Shown piece after piece: positions 24,955 to 33,143 of a DNA stretch of 64,000 bases. Each line of letters opens with the position of its first letter. Position 1 is the first letter of the stretch. The stretch comes from an uncultured Bifidobacterium sp. GTDB lineage: Bacteria; Acidobacteriota; Vicinamibacteria; Vicinamibacterales; CAVVIG01. The notes beneath the pieces are model-generated. The model did not search any database. It was not told where the DNA came from and worked only from the letters and a program-made list of their open reading frames with translations. The position numbers and the translations under genes were made by a program. The DNA lies in the NCBI GenBank assembly GCA_964577955.1, contig CAZOAZ010000001.1:116357-180356 (forward strand), written 5' to 3'.

Positions 24955-26412
24955 TCATGATCGTGTGACCGGACGCCAACGCCGCTCGAGCCGTTCGGCC
25001 ACCCGCGTCAACGGGAACGTCAGCAGCAAGTAGAGAAGCGCGACGAGCGGCCAGATGGTGAGCGGCGCCGCGTAACGGCTGGCCAGCTCTTGACCCGTGC
25101 GCGCGAGCTCGGTCAGTCCGATCACAGACACCAGCGACGAATCCTTGAGCAGCGCAATCCCTTCGTTGGTCAGCGGCGGGACGACGCGCCGGAACGTCTG
25201 CGGCAGGATGATGCGGCGCATGGCCTGCCAGTAGGTCATGCCCAGCGAGCGCGCCGCTTCCATCTGTCCGGCGTCGATCGACAGGATGCCCGCTCGAATC
25301 ACTTCCGAGATGTACGCCGCGGCGTTGAGCGTGAGCGCAAGGATGCCGCTCGCGTACGCCGGAAGCGAGACGCCAAAGGTCGGCATGACGAAATAGACGA
25401 AGAGAATCTGGACCAGCAGCGGCGTGCCGCGCATCAATTCGACGTACGCCGCCGCCGGGATGGCGAAGACGCGATTCCCGCGCACGCGTGCGAGCGCCAG
25501 CAACAGGCCTACCGGCAATGCGAGCACGAGGCTGACGGTGGCCATCACCGCGGTCATCCACACGCCGCGGATGAAGAACGTCCAGGTTCTGGCGAGCAAG
25601 CCCGGGTCGAAGGTCCGCGCCGAGACCGTGCCGGCGCCAGCCGCAGGATTCGCGTCCGGCCCGAACCACTTGGTGTTGATGCGGGCGTACTCGCCGCTGT
25701 CCTGGATCCGCCACAAGGCTGCGTTGACGGCGCGGCGCAGGTCATCGCTCTCCTTGGCGAGGACGATGCCGAAGCGCTCGTCGGTGTATTCCGGCCCGAC
25801 GGTCTTGAGCGTCGGAAACGCGCGCTGAATCATGTAGCGGAGCACCGGGCCGTCGCTGGCCACGGCGTCGATGCGGCCGTTCTGCAGATCCAGGAGCGCC
25901 AGATCGATCGTGTTGTATTTGGCGATCGTCACGCCCGGGCGCTTTTCCATCGAGAACTGCGCGGTCGTGTTGATCTGAACGCCGACCGTGCGGCCGGAGA
26001 GGTCGTCCAGCGAACCGAGCGGGCTGGCCTTTTGCGCGACCACCTGCTGGCCGGCCGCGATATAGGGGTCCGAGAAGAGCAGCGTCTGCTGCCGCTCCGC
26101 GGTGATCGTCACCGCGGAGATGACCACGTCGAACCGTCCGTTCTGCAGAGCGGGGAAGATGCCGTCGAAGCTCGCGTTGATGAGTTCGATGCGGACCCCG
26201 AGGTCCTTGCCGATCGCCTGGGCAATGTCGACATCGAAGCCGCTGAAGTCGCCGCCTTCGGCGATTCCGAACGGTGGATACGTCGCATCGATCCCAACCC
26301 GCAACTCACCAGCCGCGCGTACGCGCGCGAGCGACGACGGCGGTTGTGCCGCGGCGCTGGCGGCGAGGAGGCCGAGTGTGAGCGTGAGCGCAGCGAGGAA
26401 GCGCGTCTTCAT
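24955..26412 (-). CDS. Polar amino-acid ABC transporter with the periplasmic substrate-binding domain fused to the permease domain
   Basis: An N-terminal signal plus an SBP_bac_3-like region (GELRVGIDATYPPFG...FDVVISAVTITAERQ...). The C-terminus carries the His/Gln-type permease EAA-like region (...SLGMTYWQAMRRIILPQ...). Confidence 0.85.
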   Translation of the reverse strand: MKTRFLAALTLTLGLLAASAAAQPPSSLARVRAAGELRVGIDATYPPFGIAEGGDFSGFDVDIAQAIGKDLGVRIELINASFDGIFPALQNGRFDVVISAVTITAERQQTLLFSDPYIAAGQQVVAQKASPLGSLDDLSGRTVGVQINTTAQFSMEKRPGVTIAKYNTIDLALLDLQNGRIDAVASDGPVLRYMIQRAFPTLKTVGPEYTDERFGIVLAKESDDLRRAVNAALWRIQDSGEYARINTKWFGPDANPAAGAGTVSARTFDPGLLARTWTFFIRGVWMTAVMATVSLVLALPVGLLLALARVRGNRVFAIPAAAYVELMRGTPLLVQILFVYFVMPTFGVSLPAYASGILALTLNAAAYISEVIRAGILSIDAGQMEAARSLGMTYWQAMRRIILPQTFRRVVPPLTNEGIALLKDSSLVSVIGLTELARTGQELASRYAAPLTIWPLVALLYLLLTFPLTRVAERLERRWRPVTRS

Positions 26413-27191
26413 GCGCGCACCGCTGAATGTCCGCTACTGAAGCTGTCCATGAACGCCTTGGTCTCCGGATGACTGGGGTTGGCGAGCACTGTGCTCGCCG
26501 GACCGACTTCCACCGCGCGGCCGCCCTCGAAGTAGATCACCTGATCGGCGATCGCCCGCGCAAAGTTCAAGTCGTGCGATACGACGATCAAGGTCTTCTT
26601 CAGATCGTCCAGGGCACGCAGGAACGTGGCGACTTCGTTGACCAGCCGCGGGTCGAGCGCGGAGGTCGGTTCGTCGAAGAGGACGACGGCCGGCTCCATT
26701 GCGAGCGCACGCGCAATCGCGACGCGCTGCTGCTGGCCGCCGGAAAGCTGCGCCGGATAGTGCTGCTCCTTGCCGGAGAGTCCGACGCGATTCAAGTAGT
26801 AGCGTCCGGTTTCTTCCGCTTTTGCCCGCGGCAGCTTCTTCACCGTCATCGGCGCCTCGATGACGTTCTCGAGTGCGGTCAGATGTGGAAACAGGTTGAA
26901 GTTCTGGAAGACCAGACCCACCCGCGCCCGGACTCTTTGTACCAGCGCATCGTCATCGGCTGCGCTCGGCGTTGTCCCGCCAGCCACTTCCACGTCATCA
27001 ATCGCGATCCGCCCGGCGTCGAACCGCTCGAGCCGGTTCAAACACCGCAGCATCGTCGACTTGCCGCACCCGGACGGGCCGAGAATCGTCGTCAGCTGGG
27101 CGTCGGCGATCTGAAACGTGGCGCCATTCAGGACGGTGTTCGGTCCGTACTTCTTGACGACATTGGCCACTTCGATCACGAGGTCCTCCAC
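26409..27191 (-). CDS. Amino-acid ABC transporter ATP-binding protein
   Basis: Walker A GPSGCGKST, signature LSGGQQQRVAIARAL, Walker B VVLFDEPTSALD. ATGA overlap with the downstream permease. Confidence 0.9.
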   Translation of the reverse strand: MEDLVIEVANVVKKYGPNTVLNGATFQIADAQLTTILGPSGCGKSTMLRCLNRLERFDAGRIAIDDVEVAGGTTPSAADDDALVQRVRARVGLVFQNFNLFPHLTALENVIEAPMTVKKLPRAKAEETGRYYLNRVGLSGKEQHYPAQLSGGQQQRVAIARALAMEPAVVLFDEPTSALDPRLVNEVATFLRALDDLKKTLIVVSHDLNFARAIADQVIYFEGGRAVEVGPASTVLANPSHPETKAFMDSFSSGHSAVRA

Positions 27192-27216
27192 GCGGACCGG
27201 CTAAAGCCGGTCCGTT

Positions 27217-28110
27217 TCAGTTCGACAAGAATGCCGTCACAAGCCCACCCGCAGCAGCCACGCAGAGCACCGCGAAGACACTGCGCCGGATGACGCTGCC
27301 TCTCAGCTGCGCGGCTACGGCCGAGGCATCGCCCTTCATGATTCTGACGATCTTCGACCAGTCGTTCCGGTCAGCCGCAATCGCGCGCCTGGTGTCGTCG
27401 TACGGACCGAAGACGGTCACCTGTGCGCCCGTCTCGATGCAGCGTTCATCGACGCGCGCGTTGATCGGCGGTGGATCGTCCAGATAGCGACGTTCGCGCC
27501 GAAATTCACCGTCATCGTCATTCCACAGATCCTCGACCTCAGGACGAGTGAACGGTTTCCTGGCGGGGTGAAAGGGAAGTGTCGGCAGCAGTTCAGTCGC
27601 GCGCGCGAGCGCACCCTGCAGGTCGAGCTCAGATGGGGCGCAGTCGAGTTCCGGCACCGCCAGCAAGTCGTACGAGCCAGAATTCGTCACGATCGTCGCC
27701 GGCGTCTGTGCGATTCCGTCGCCGTAGATGACTTTGGTTGATGTGCGGGCGCCGGGCGTGCGCCGCCACTCGTAGACTTCAAAGCGATAGGCGACCGCCG
27801 GGCGATTGCTGAACGGCGTCTGGAGTGGCGTGCCTTGGGCCTTGATCGTGCCGACCAGAACGGCCGACTGCCCATGGACGGGAGGCCGGCCGTCGAGCCC
27901 GCCGCTGATTGCCGCGCGTTCCTTCGAGGCCTGGACGGCCGAGAGCGCGAGGTTCGCGGCCATCCAGAGCAGGCCGCCGGCGAAGATGGCCACACCGATG
28001 GAACTCGTCAGCGGTACGCCAGCGACAGCGCGGAGCGCGCCGGCGACGCCGGCGATGGCCGCAAGCAGTGCGAGAAACGAAAGCGTTCCGTTGAAGGCGC
28101 AGCCCTTCAT
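27217..28110 (-). CDS. Hypothetical membrane protein (2 N-terminal TM helices, 1 C-terminal TM helix)
   Basis: LSFLALLAAIAGVAGALRAVAGV / IGVAIFAGGLLWMAANLALSAV at the N-terminus. ...VFAVLCVAAAGGLVTAFL at the C-terminus. There is no recognised domain. Confidence 0.5.
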   Translation of the reverse strand: MKGCAFNGTLSFLALLAAIAGVAGALRAVAGVPLTSSIGVAIFAGGLLWMAANLALSAVQASKERAAISGGLDGRPPVHGQSAVLVGTIKAQGTPLQTPFSNRPAVAYRFEVYEWRRTPGARTSTKVIYGDGIAQTPATIVTNSGSYDLLAVPELDCAPSELDLQGALARATELLPTLPFHPARKPFTRPEVEDLWNDDDGEFRRERRYLDDPPPINARVDERCIETGAQVTVFGPYDDTRRAIAADRNDWSKIVRIMKGDASAVAAQLRGSVIRRSVFAVLCVAAAGGLVTAFLSN

Positions 28111-28130
28111 GCCGCGTCATCGTACATTAC

Positions 28131-28202
28131 GGTGGCGTCCGGCTTTAGCCGGATTGCAGTGTCGTGCGCGGCATCGGTAGGGACAGGCTTTAGCCTGTCC
28201 GA
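28131..28202. repeat. Tandem pair of REP-like elements: family A (ggtggcgtccggctttagccggattgc), then family B (catcggtagggacaggctttagcctgtccgatc)
   Basis: Seen directly. It lies between convergently and divergently arranged genes. Confidence 0.6.
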
Positions 28203-29471
28203 TCAGGCGCGAAGAAAGTCGATCAGCAGTCTGGCGACGGCGTCGGGCTGTTCCTGCTGGACCCAATGGCCCGCGCCCTCGAGCAGGTGGACGCCGCGCA
28301 TCTGGGTGCACGCCGTCTTCGTCATCGCCTCGAGGCTGCCGGCGCGTTGATGCACGCCCCAGTCGCTCTTGCCCGAAATGAAGATGCTCGGGACGTCAAT
28401 GGTCCGGCCGGCAAAGAGCTGCAGCTCCTGCGACCACTTCGGATTCTGGCCGATGCGGTAGGACTGCAAGCCGCCTTGAAATCCGGTGCGGCCGTACTCG
28501 CTCGCATAGACCTGGAGTTCGTCCTCGGTCAGCCACGTGCACGCGGCAATCTCCGCCGCCGACGGCATCGCCGCCGCCGCCGTTTCCGCCATGCCCTGGT
28601 TCAGATCCATCACGTAGTACTTCGGCAGCTTCGCCAGCTCGCTGGCATTGAAGGCGGTGAGCGGGAACGGCTTGTTGTCTTTCCAGTCGGCGCTCTTGAA
28701 GTGATAGTAGGCGCGGATGAAATCGTGGATCCCCTGCCTGGGATGCCACATGTTTTCATTCGCGGGACGCGTCGCGTAGTAGGCCTGATAGTGCTTGCGC
28801 GGCTGCGGCAGTGCCGCGAGCTCCGCGTTGACATCGGGTCGTCGCGCCGCGGTAGGTGTGGGCTCCGGTTTCAACCGGGCCTCTTCGTAGGGGCCCACGG
28901 TGTTGAAAGGCAGCGTCGGCGATCCGCCGAACGGCGCGCTCATCAACGCCACCTTCGTGAAGACGTCGGGACGGGTGAGCGCGCACCAGGCCGCGACCGG
29001 TGAGCCGTAATCGTGGCCGATGATGGCGGCGACGCGGCGATAGCCGAACGCGGACACCAGTCCGAGCATGTCGCGCGTGTGATTCAGCTGCGTGAACGGT
29101 GCCAGGTCATCGTCGAACTTCACCTCTGTGCCGCCGGACCGTCCGTAGCCGCGCTGATCGGGAACGATGACGTGATACCCGGCGCGTGCCAGGGGGAGGA
29201 TGATCTTGCGCCAGCTGTAGGCGAGTTCCGGGAAGCCGTGGACGAGCAGCAGGAGCGGACGATTGGGCGTCTCGAATCCCGCTTCGAGGACGTGAAAGGT
29301 GATCCCGTTGACGTTGTTCACCAGCCGCGATCGGATCCCGGCCGGCAGCGTCGTCTGGCCGTAGAGCACCTCGCGGTTGACGGTTTGGGCCTGGGCGCGG
29401 AAGGGCAATGCGCTCGCGACTGACGCGGCGGCGAGACCCTGGATCACTTCGCGGCGGGTAAGGATAGGCAT
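28203..29471 (-). CDS. Tat-secreted alpha/beta hydrolase, epoxide-hydrolase-like
   Basis: Twin-arginine signal MPILTRREVIQGLAAASVASALPFRAQA. Motifs HGFPELAYSW (HGxP) and GHDYGS (Asp nucleophile elbow). Confidence 0.8.
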   Translation of the reverse strand: MPILTRREVIQGLAAASVASALPFRAQAQTVNREVLYGQTTLPAGIRSRLVNNVNGITFHVLEAGFETPNRPLLLLVHGFPELAYSWRKIILPLARAGYHVIVPDQRGYGRSGGTEVKFDDDLAPFTQLNHTRDMLGLVSAFGYRRVAAIIGHDYGSPVAAWCALTRPDVFTKVALMSAPFGGSPTLPFNTVGPYEEARLKPEPTPTAARRPDVNAELAALPQPRKHYQAYYATRPANENMWHPRQGIHDFIRAYYHFKSADWKDNKPFPLTAFNASELAKLPKYYVMDLNQGMAETAAAAMPSAAEIAACTWLTEDELQVYASEYGRTGFQGGLQSYRIGQNPKWSQELQLFAGRTIDVPSIFISGKSDWGVHQRAGSLEAMTKTACTQMRGVHLLEGAGHWVQQEQPDAVARLLIDFLRA

Positions 29472-29498
29472 GGCGAGGATGATACGCCGCCCGCCCGG

Positions 29499-30956
29499 CT
29501 ATGGGGGAGACATCTGCGCGAGGTGTTCGCGGTTGGCGATGTTTCGCGATGCGACGGTGACGTCGGTGTACGGAGCAGGGGATGAGCCATCGACGAGCGG
29601 GTCGTCGACGCCATTCAAGTAGCGGTTCAGAAACGCTACGGTGTACTGATTGATGATGCGATGCGCACGCCGGACATCCATCAGCGGATTCGGCAGTCGA
29701 AGCAGCAGGCCGAGATCTGAGAACGTCGTGTGATTGGTGCCGCCGATGAAGACGTTGTAGATCGGACTCTGGGTTTGTCCGAACAGCTGCATCTGCCGAG
29801 CGTAATGGTCCTGCTCGGCGGTCTTGAAAGTGGCTTGCGTCAGATTCCATCGCGCCAGCTGCGCATCGGTGCTCCTGATGTAAGGCTCGGCGGACTGCAA
29901 ATACAGGAGGGGCCGCCGGAGGTCTCTCGGGGTGTTGGCTGCGAAGTACGGTTTACCGTCCTCGGCGACGCCAGCGCGAATCCGCGGTTCGTCGAGCAGG
30001 GCCTGAACGACGACCGAGCCGCCAAACGAGGCGCCGACATAGCCCACACGCGAGAGATCGAGGCGCCCGGTCAACTGGCCGCGCGCGTCGTGAGCGTTGA
30101 GCGCGTCCAGTGCATCGAGGACGAACTGGACGTCCTTCACCCAGGTCTGAAGCATCCGAGTCGACCGGGCGTCGACGAACACCGGCCAGGCGGCATCGGG
30201 GCCGGGCGGGACGGCATGGCCGTCGGGAAAGATCGTCGTCGACGCGTAGCCGGTGTGATCGATCGCGAACGTCACGAAGCCGCTCGATGCCAGCGCTTCC
30301 ATCTGAAAGATGCTTTGCGATCGATTTGCGCCGAGCGGACCGTGCGAGAAGAGGACGACTGGGAAGGAGTCGGGACTGCTCGCGAATGGCGCATCGACGG
30401 TCGCGTGAGTCTTGACCAGGCGCAGGTTGTCGAAGAGCGCGGCGGGCAGCCCGGCAAACGCGCCGTAGGCGTTCTGCAGCAAGCGCGGATGCGTCGTGAT
30501 GCCGGCCGCCGGTCCAGCCGCGGCCGCCGCCGGATACCAGGCCTGCACGACGAGATTGCGATCGTCGGGGCCGTGGTGCAGTTCGTAGATCGCGGTGCCA
30601 ATCGCAAATCGTCCCGCCGGGGCATCGTAGCTATAGACGGGGAAGATCGACGGCAACACCGCCGCAATGGCAGCCCAGGCCGCGACCGCCAGCGTGCGCG
30701 CGCCCCCCAAAAGCCCTCCGGTCAATCGTCGTCGTTCGTGGCGCAGCCGGTAGAGGGCATACATGGACATTCCCGCCACCAGCGCGTACGTCGGAATCAT
30801 CTGGACACGTCCGCCCTCGAACGTGGCGTGGAGCACGCCCACGGGAAGCGCAATGCCCAGGAAGGCGCCGTAACCCGGCCGCCGCGCCACACCGACTCGC
30901 CACCATGTCATCCAACCTGCCGCGACGATCCACAATCCCAATTCGAGCGTTCTCAC
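29499..30956 (-). CDS. Membrane-anchored alpha/beta hydrolase of the PAF-acetylhydrolase-like lipase family
   Basis: N-terminal TM segments, then PVVLFSHGPLGANRS and GYVGASFGG (GxSxG). The start is uncertain. The track ORF extends into a REP element (the MASGFS... artefact). Confidence 0.6.
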   Translation of the reverse strand: MRTLELGLWIVAAGWMTWWRVGVARRPGYGAFLGIALPVGVLHATFEGGRVQMIPTYALVAGMSMYALYRLRHERRRLTGGLLGGARTLAVAAWAAIAAVLPSIFPVYSYDAPAGRFAIGTAIYELHHGPDDRNLVVQAWYPAAAAAGPAAGITTHPRLLQNAYGAFAGLPAALFDNLRLVKTHATVDAPFASSPDSFPVVLFSHGPLGANRSQSIFQMEALASSGFVTFAIDHTGYASTTIFPDGHAVPPGPDAAWPVFVDARSTRMLQTWVKDVQFVLDALDALNAHDARGQLTGRLDLSRVGYVGASFGGSVVVQALLDEPRIRAGVAEDGKPYFAANTPRDLRRPLLYLQSAEPYIRSTDAQLARWNLTQATFKTAEQDHYARQMQLFGQTQSPIYNVFIGGTNHTTFSDLGLLLRLPNPLMDVRRAHRIINQYTVAFLNRYLNGVDDPLVDGSSPAPYTDVTVASRNIANREHLAQMSPP

Positions 30957-31015
30957 GGTGCCTCCACCCTGAGATTGATGCCGGAGGATCGGAGGCGTTA
31001 CGGGTCGGCTGCGGC

Positions 31016-31070
31016 GGCGTCCGACTTTAGTCGGATTGCATGAAATCGGGCTGAAGCCAGACGCCACCGG
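31016..31070. repeat. REP-like family A, two hairpins in opposite orientation
   Basis: ggcgtccgactttagtcggattgca ... tcgggctgaagccagacgccaccgg. Confidence 0.55.
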
Positions 31071-31078
31071 GATCCGCG

Positions 31079-32923
31079 CTACTTCTCAGCCGCCGGGTGA
31101 CTGTTCTTGTCCGCCGCAATCAGCCGCGCCAGCATCACGCTGGCAAGCCCGCCGCCGGGTTCGCCGCTCACCGCGATGTCCGGCACCAGTTTCACCTTGT
31201 TCTCGCCGAGGATCGCGGCGAGCTGCATCGCGGTGTAGCCGTTCGCGCCCACGGCCTCGATGCCGAGCTTGTAGGCTTCAGCCTTTGCGGCGCCGACCGC
31301 ACGGATCGACGCCGCCTGGCCTTCACCCGTCAGCTGCGCCGCCGCCGCGTCACCCTCCGCGCGTAACCGGATGGCCGCGGACTCACCTTCGGCATGGTAC
31401 CGGGTCGCGGTCGCCTGACCCTTGGCCGCTTCGGCGGTCGCGGCGGCGTTCTGCTGCGCGATCCGCACCAGTTGCTCCGAACGAACGACTTCGCCCTGCA
31501 AGTTGGCGACCGCCGTTTCGCGTTCGAGCGCCTGCCGTTTCACCTGGGCCTCGCGCTGTGCGTCGTAGGTCCGTTCCATCTCCGCCGCGATCTTGCGGTC
31601 GGTCTGCGTTTTCATCAGATCCGCCGGCGGGGCGATGTCGCCGATCAACGTGTCGATGCACTCGACGTCGTAGGCCGCGATCGCCTTCTGGATGCTCTCG
31701 AACGCTTGACGCTGCCGGTCGCTGCGCGCCGACAGGAACTCGAGCACGGTGACCTGTTGCGCCGAGTTCCTGAAGTAGTTGCCGACGGTCGGCTGCAGCA
31801 CGTGATCCACCAGATTCTGCATCGACCCGACGCGCGAGATCACCCGCGGCGCGTTCTTCATCCCGATGTGGATGATCTGCGACACGTCCAGACTGAACGA
31901 GAAACCGTCCTTCGACCGCACCAGGATTGACGACAACCGCTCGTCATAGTGGTGCGCCTCGGTCCGCGCCGCCCAGTTCAACACGATGTTCGTCGTCGGC
32001 ACGAGTTCCACTTTCATGACCCGGCTGTTGATCGGGTGCTTGCCGGGCAGCAGCGGCTCGACCCAGACGCCTTTGCGCCCGCGTTCGACGAGGTCGCCGT
32101 GGGTGAACGAGTCGCCCGAGACGTCCAGGTGCTCGCGGCCCACGTAGCTGACGACGACGCCGACGTAGCCGATCGGGATTTCAGTCAACGGCACTTGTTC
32201 AACCTGCACCAGCCACGGGTTCAGGTTCCACGAACCCGACAGCAGCACCTCTTCCTGAAGACCGCGGCAGCCGCCGGCTTCAATGAACGCCTGACCGCGC
32301 TGGAAGCTTTCATGTCCGGCGACGACCGGACCGGCAAGATCGCCAGGCATGATCGGGTGGCCGTCGAGCATCGTCACGATGCCGACGCGATCGGGCGGCG
32401 CCTGGTAGACCCGCAGGTCGTGCGGGTTGAGCGCGTGACTCTTCGCATTGAGCGGCGTCACGACTTCGAACAGCGCCGGGTTGATGCGGTAGGTGCCTGC
32501 CGTCAGCACGGCGATCTGCCGTCCCCGTTCGCCGCCGTTTCTGAGAAACGCCGCCGCGTCCTGGTAGTTGTCGCACCCGATCGCGCGCGCGAGCACGCGT
32601 TCGGACGGAATCGCCGCGCCGTCAGCCGCGACCACGAGCGCGAGTTCGCCCGGCTGGATGATGACGACCGGGATCTTCTCGACCTTGTAGCGCCAGCGCC
32701 AGAGTCCGAAGTGCCATCCCGGCGGCAGCAGTTGCGCCTGATAGCCGGCCTCGCCGTCGAGCGCGATGATCCGGCCCGAGGGCAGCGGAGGACCGAAGCG
32801 CTTGACCACCAGCCCCGATTCGTCCTCGGCGATGATGCGGATGCCCGCCCAGAGCATCAGCAGCACGAACAGCCCGAGCGACGCCAGCAGTCCGACCGTC
32901 AGCCCCACGCTTGTCAGAGTCAT
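31079..32923 (-). CDS. Flotillin-like SPFH/Band-7 protein
   Basis: N-terminal TM segment (LTVGLLASLGLFVLLMLWAGI), an SPFH domain, and a long Ala/Glu/Gln-rich coiled-coil C-terminus (...AQREAQVKRQALERETAVANLQGE...). Confidence 0.85.
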   Translation of the reverse strand: MTLTSVGLTVGLLASLGLFVLLMLWAGIRIIAEDESGLVVKRFGPPLPSGRIIALDGEAGYQAQLLPPGWHFGLWRWRYKVEKIPVVIIQPGELALVVAADGAAIPSERVLARAIGCDNYQDAAAFLRNGGERGRQIAVLTAGTYRINPALFEVVTPLNAKSHALNPHDLRVYQAPPDRVGIVTMLDGHPIMPGDLAGPVVAGHESFQRGQAFIEAGGCRGLQEEVLLSGSWNLNPWLVQVEQVPLTEIPIGYVGVVVSYVGREHLDVSGDSFTHGDLVERGRKGVWVEPLLPGKHPINSRVMKVELVPTTNIVLNWAARTEAHHYDERLSSILVRSKDGFSFSLDVSQIIHIGMKNAPRVISRVGSMQNLVDHVLQPTVGNYFRNSAQQVTVLEFLSARSDRQRQAFESIQKAIAAYDVECIDTLIGDIAPPADLMKTQTDRKIAAEMERTYDAQREAQVKRQALERETAVANLQGEVVRSEQLVRIAQQNAAATAEAAKGQATATRYHAEGESAAIRLRAEGDAAAAQLTGEGQAASIRAVGAAKAEAYKLGIEAVGANGYTAMQLAAILGENKVKLVPDIAVSGEPGGGLASVMLARLIAADKNSHPAAEK

Positions 32924-32949
32924 GTCGTCTCCTTGTGCGTGACGCCATG

Positions 32950-32996
32950 TGGGTCCCACTTCAGTCGGACCTCGAAGTCCGGCTAAAGCCGGACCC
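32950..32996. repeat. REP-like family A, two hairpins
   Basis: gtcccacttcagtcggacc tcgaa gtccggctaaagccggacc. Confidence 0.55.
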
Positions 32997-33065
32997 TACA
33001 GGTGCCACAGTGCGGCTGCCGTGAGTGCATCGGCTGGGCCAGCCCGCGCGCGGCGAGGATCGACA

Positions 33066-33081
33066 AAATCAGGCCTGATTT
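33066..33081. promoter_or_regulatory. Perfect 16-bp palindrome AAATCAGGCCTGATTT in the promoter region of the sigma-54 activator gene, followed by an AT-rich stretch
   Basis: Seen directly about 65 bp upstream of the start at 33144. attgtaatgacgttgagtcagtgattaaatcgcg follows. Confidence 0.45.
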
Positions 33082-33143
33082 CGAGTGGCGTTACATCATG
33101 AGCGCGATTGTAATGACGTTGAGTCAGTGATTAAATCGCGTTC

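Noticed and set aside
28131-28160. Sigma-54 promoter inside REP-A (TGGCGTCC…GGATTGCA)
   Set aside because: The GG and GC elements are separated by far more than the obligatory 10 bp, so the resemblance is coincidental.
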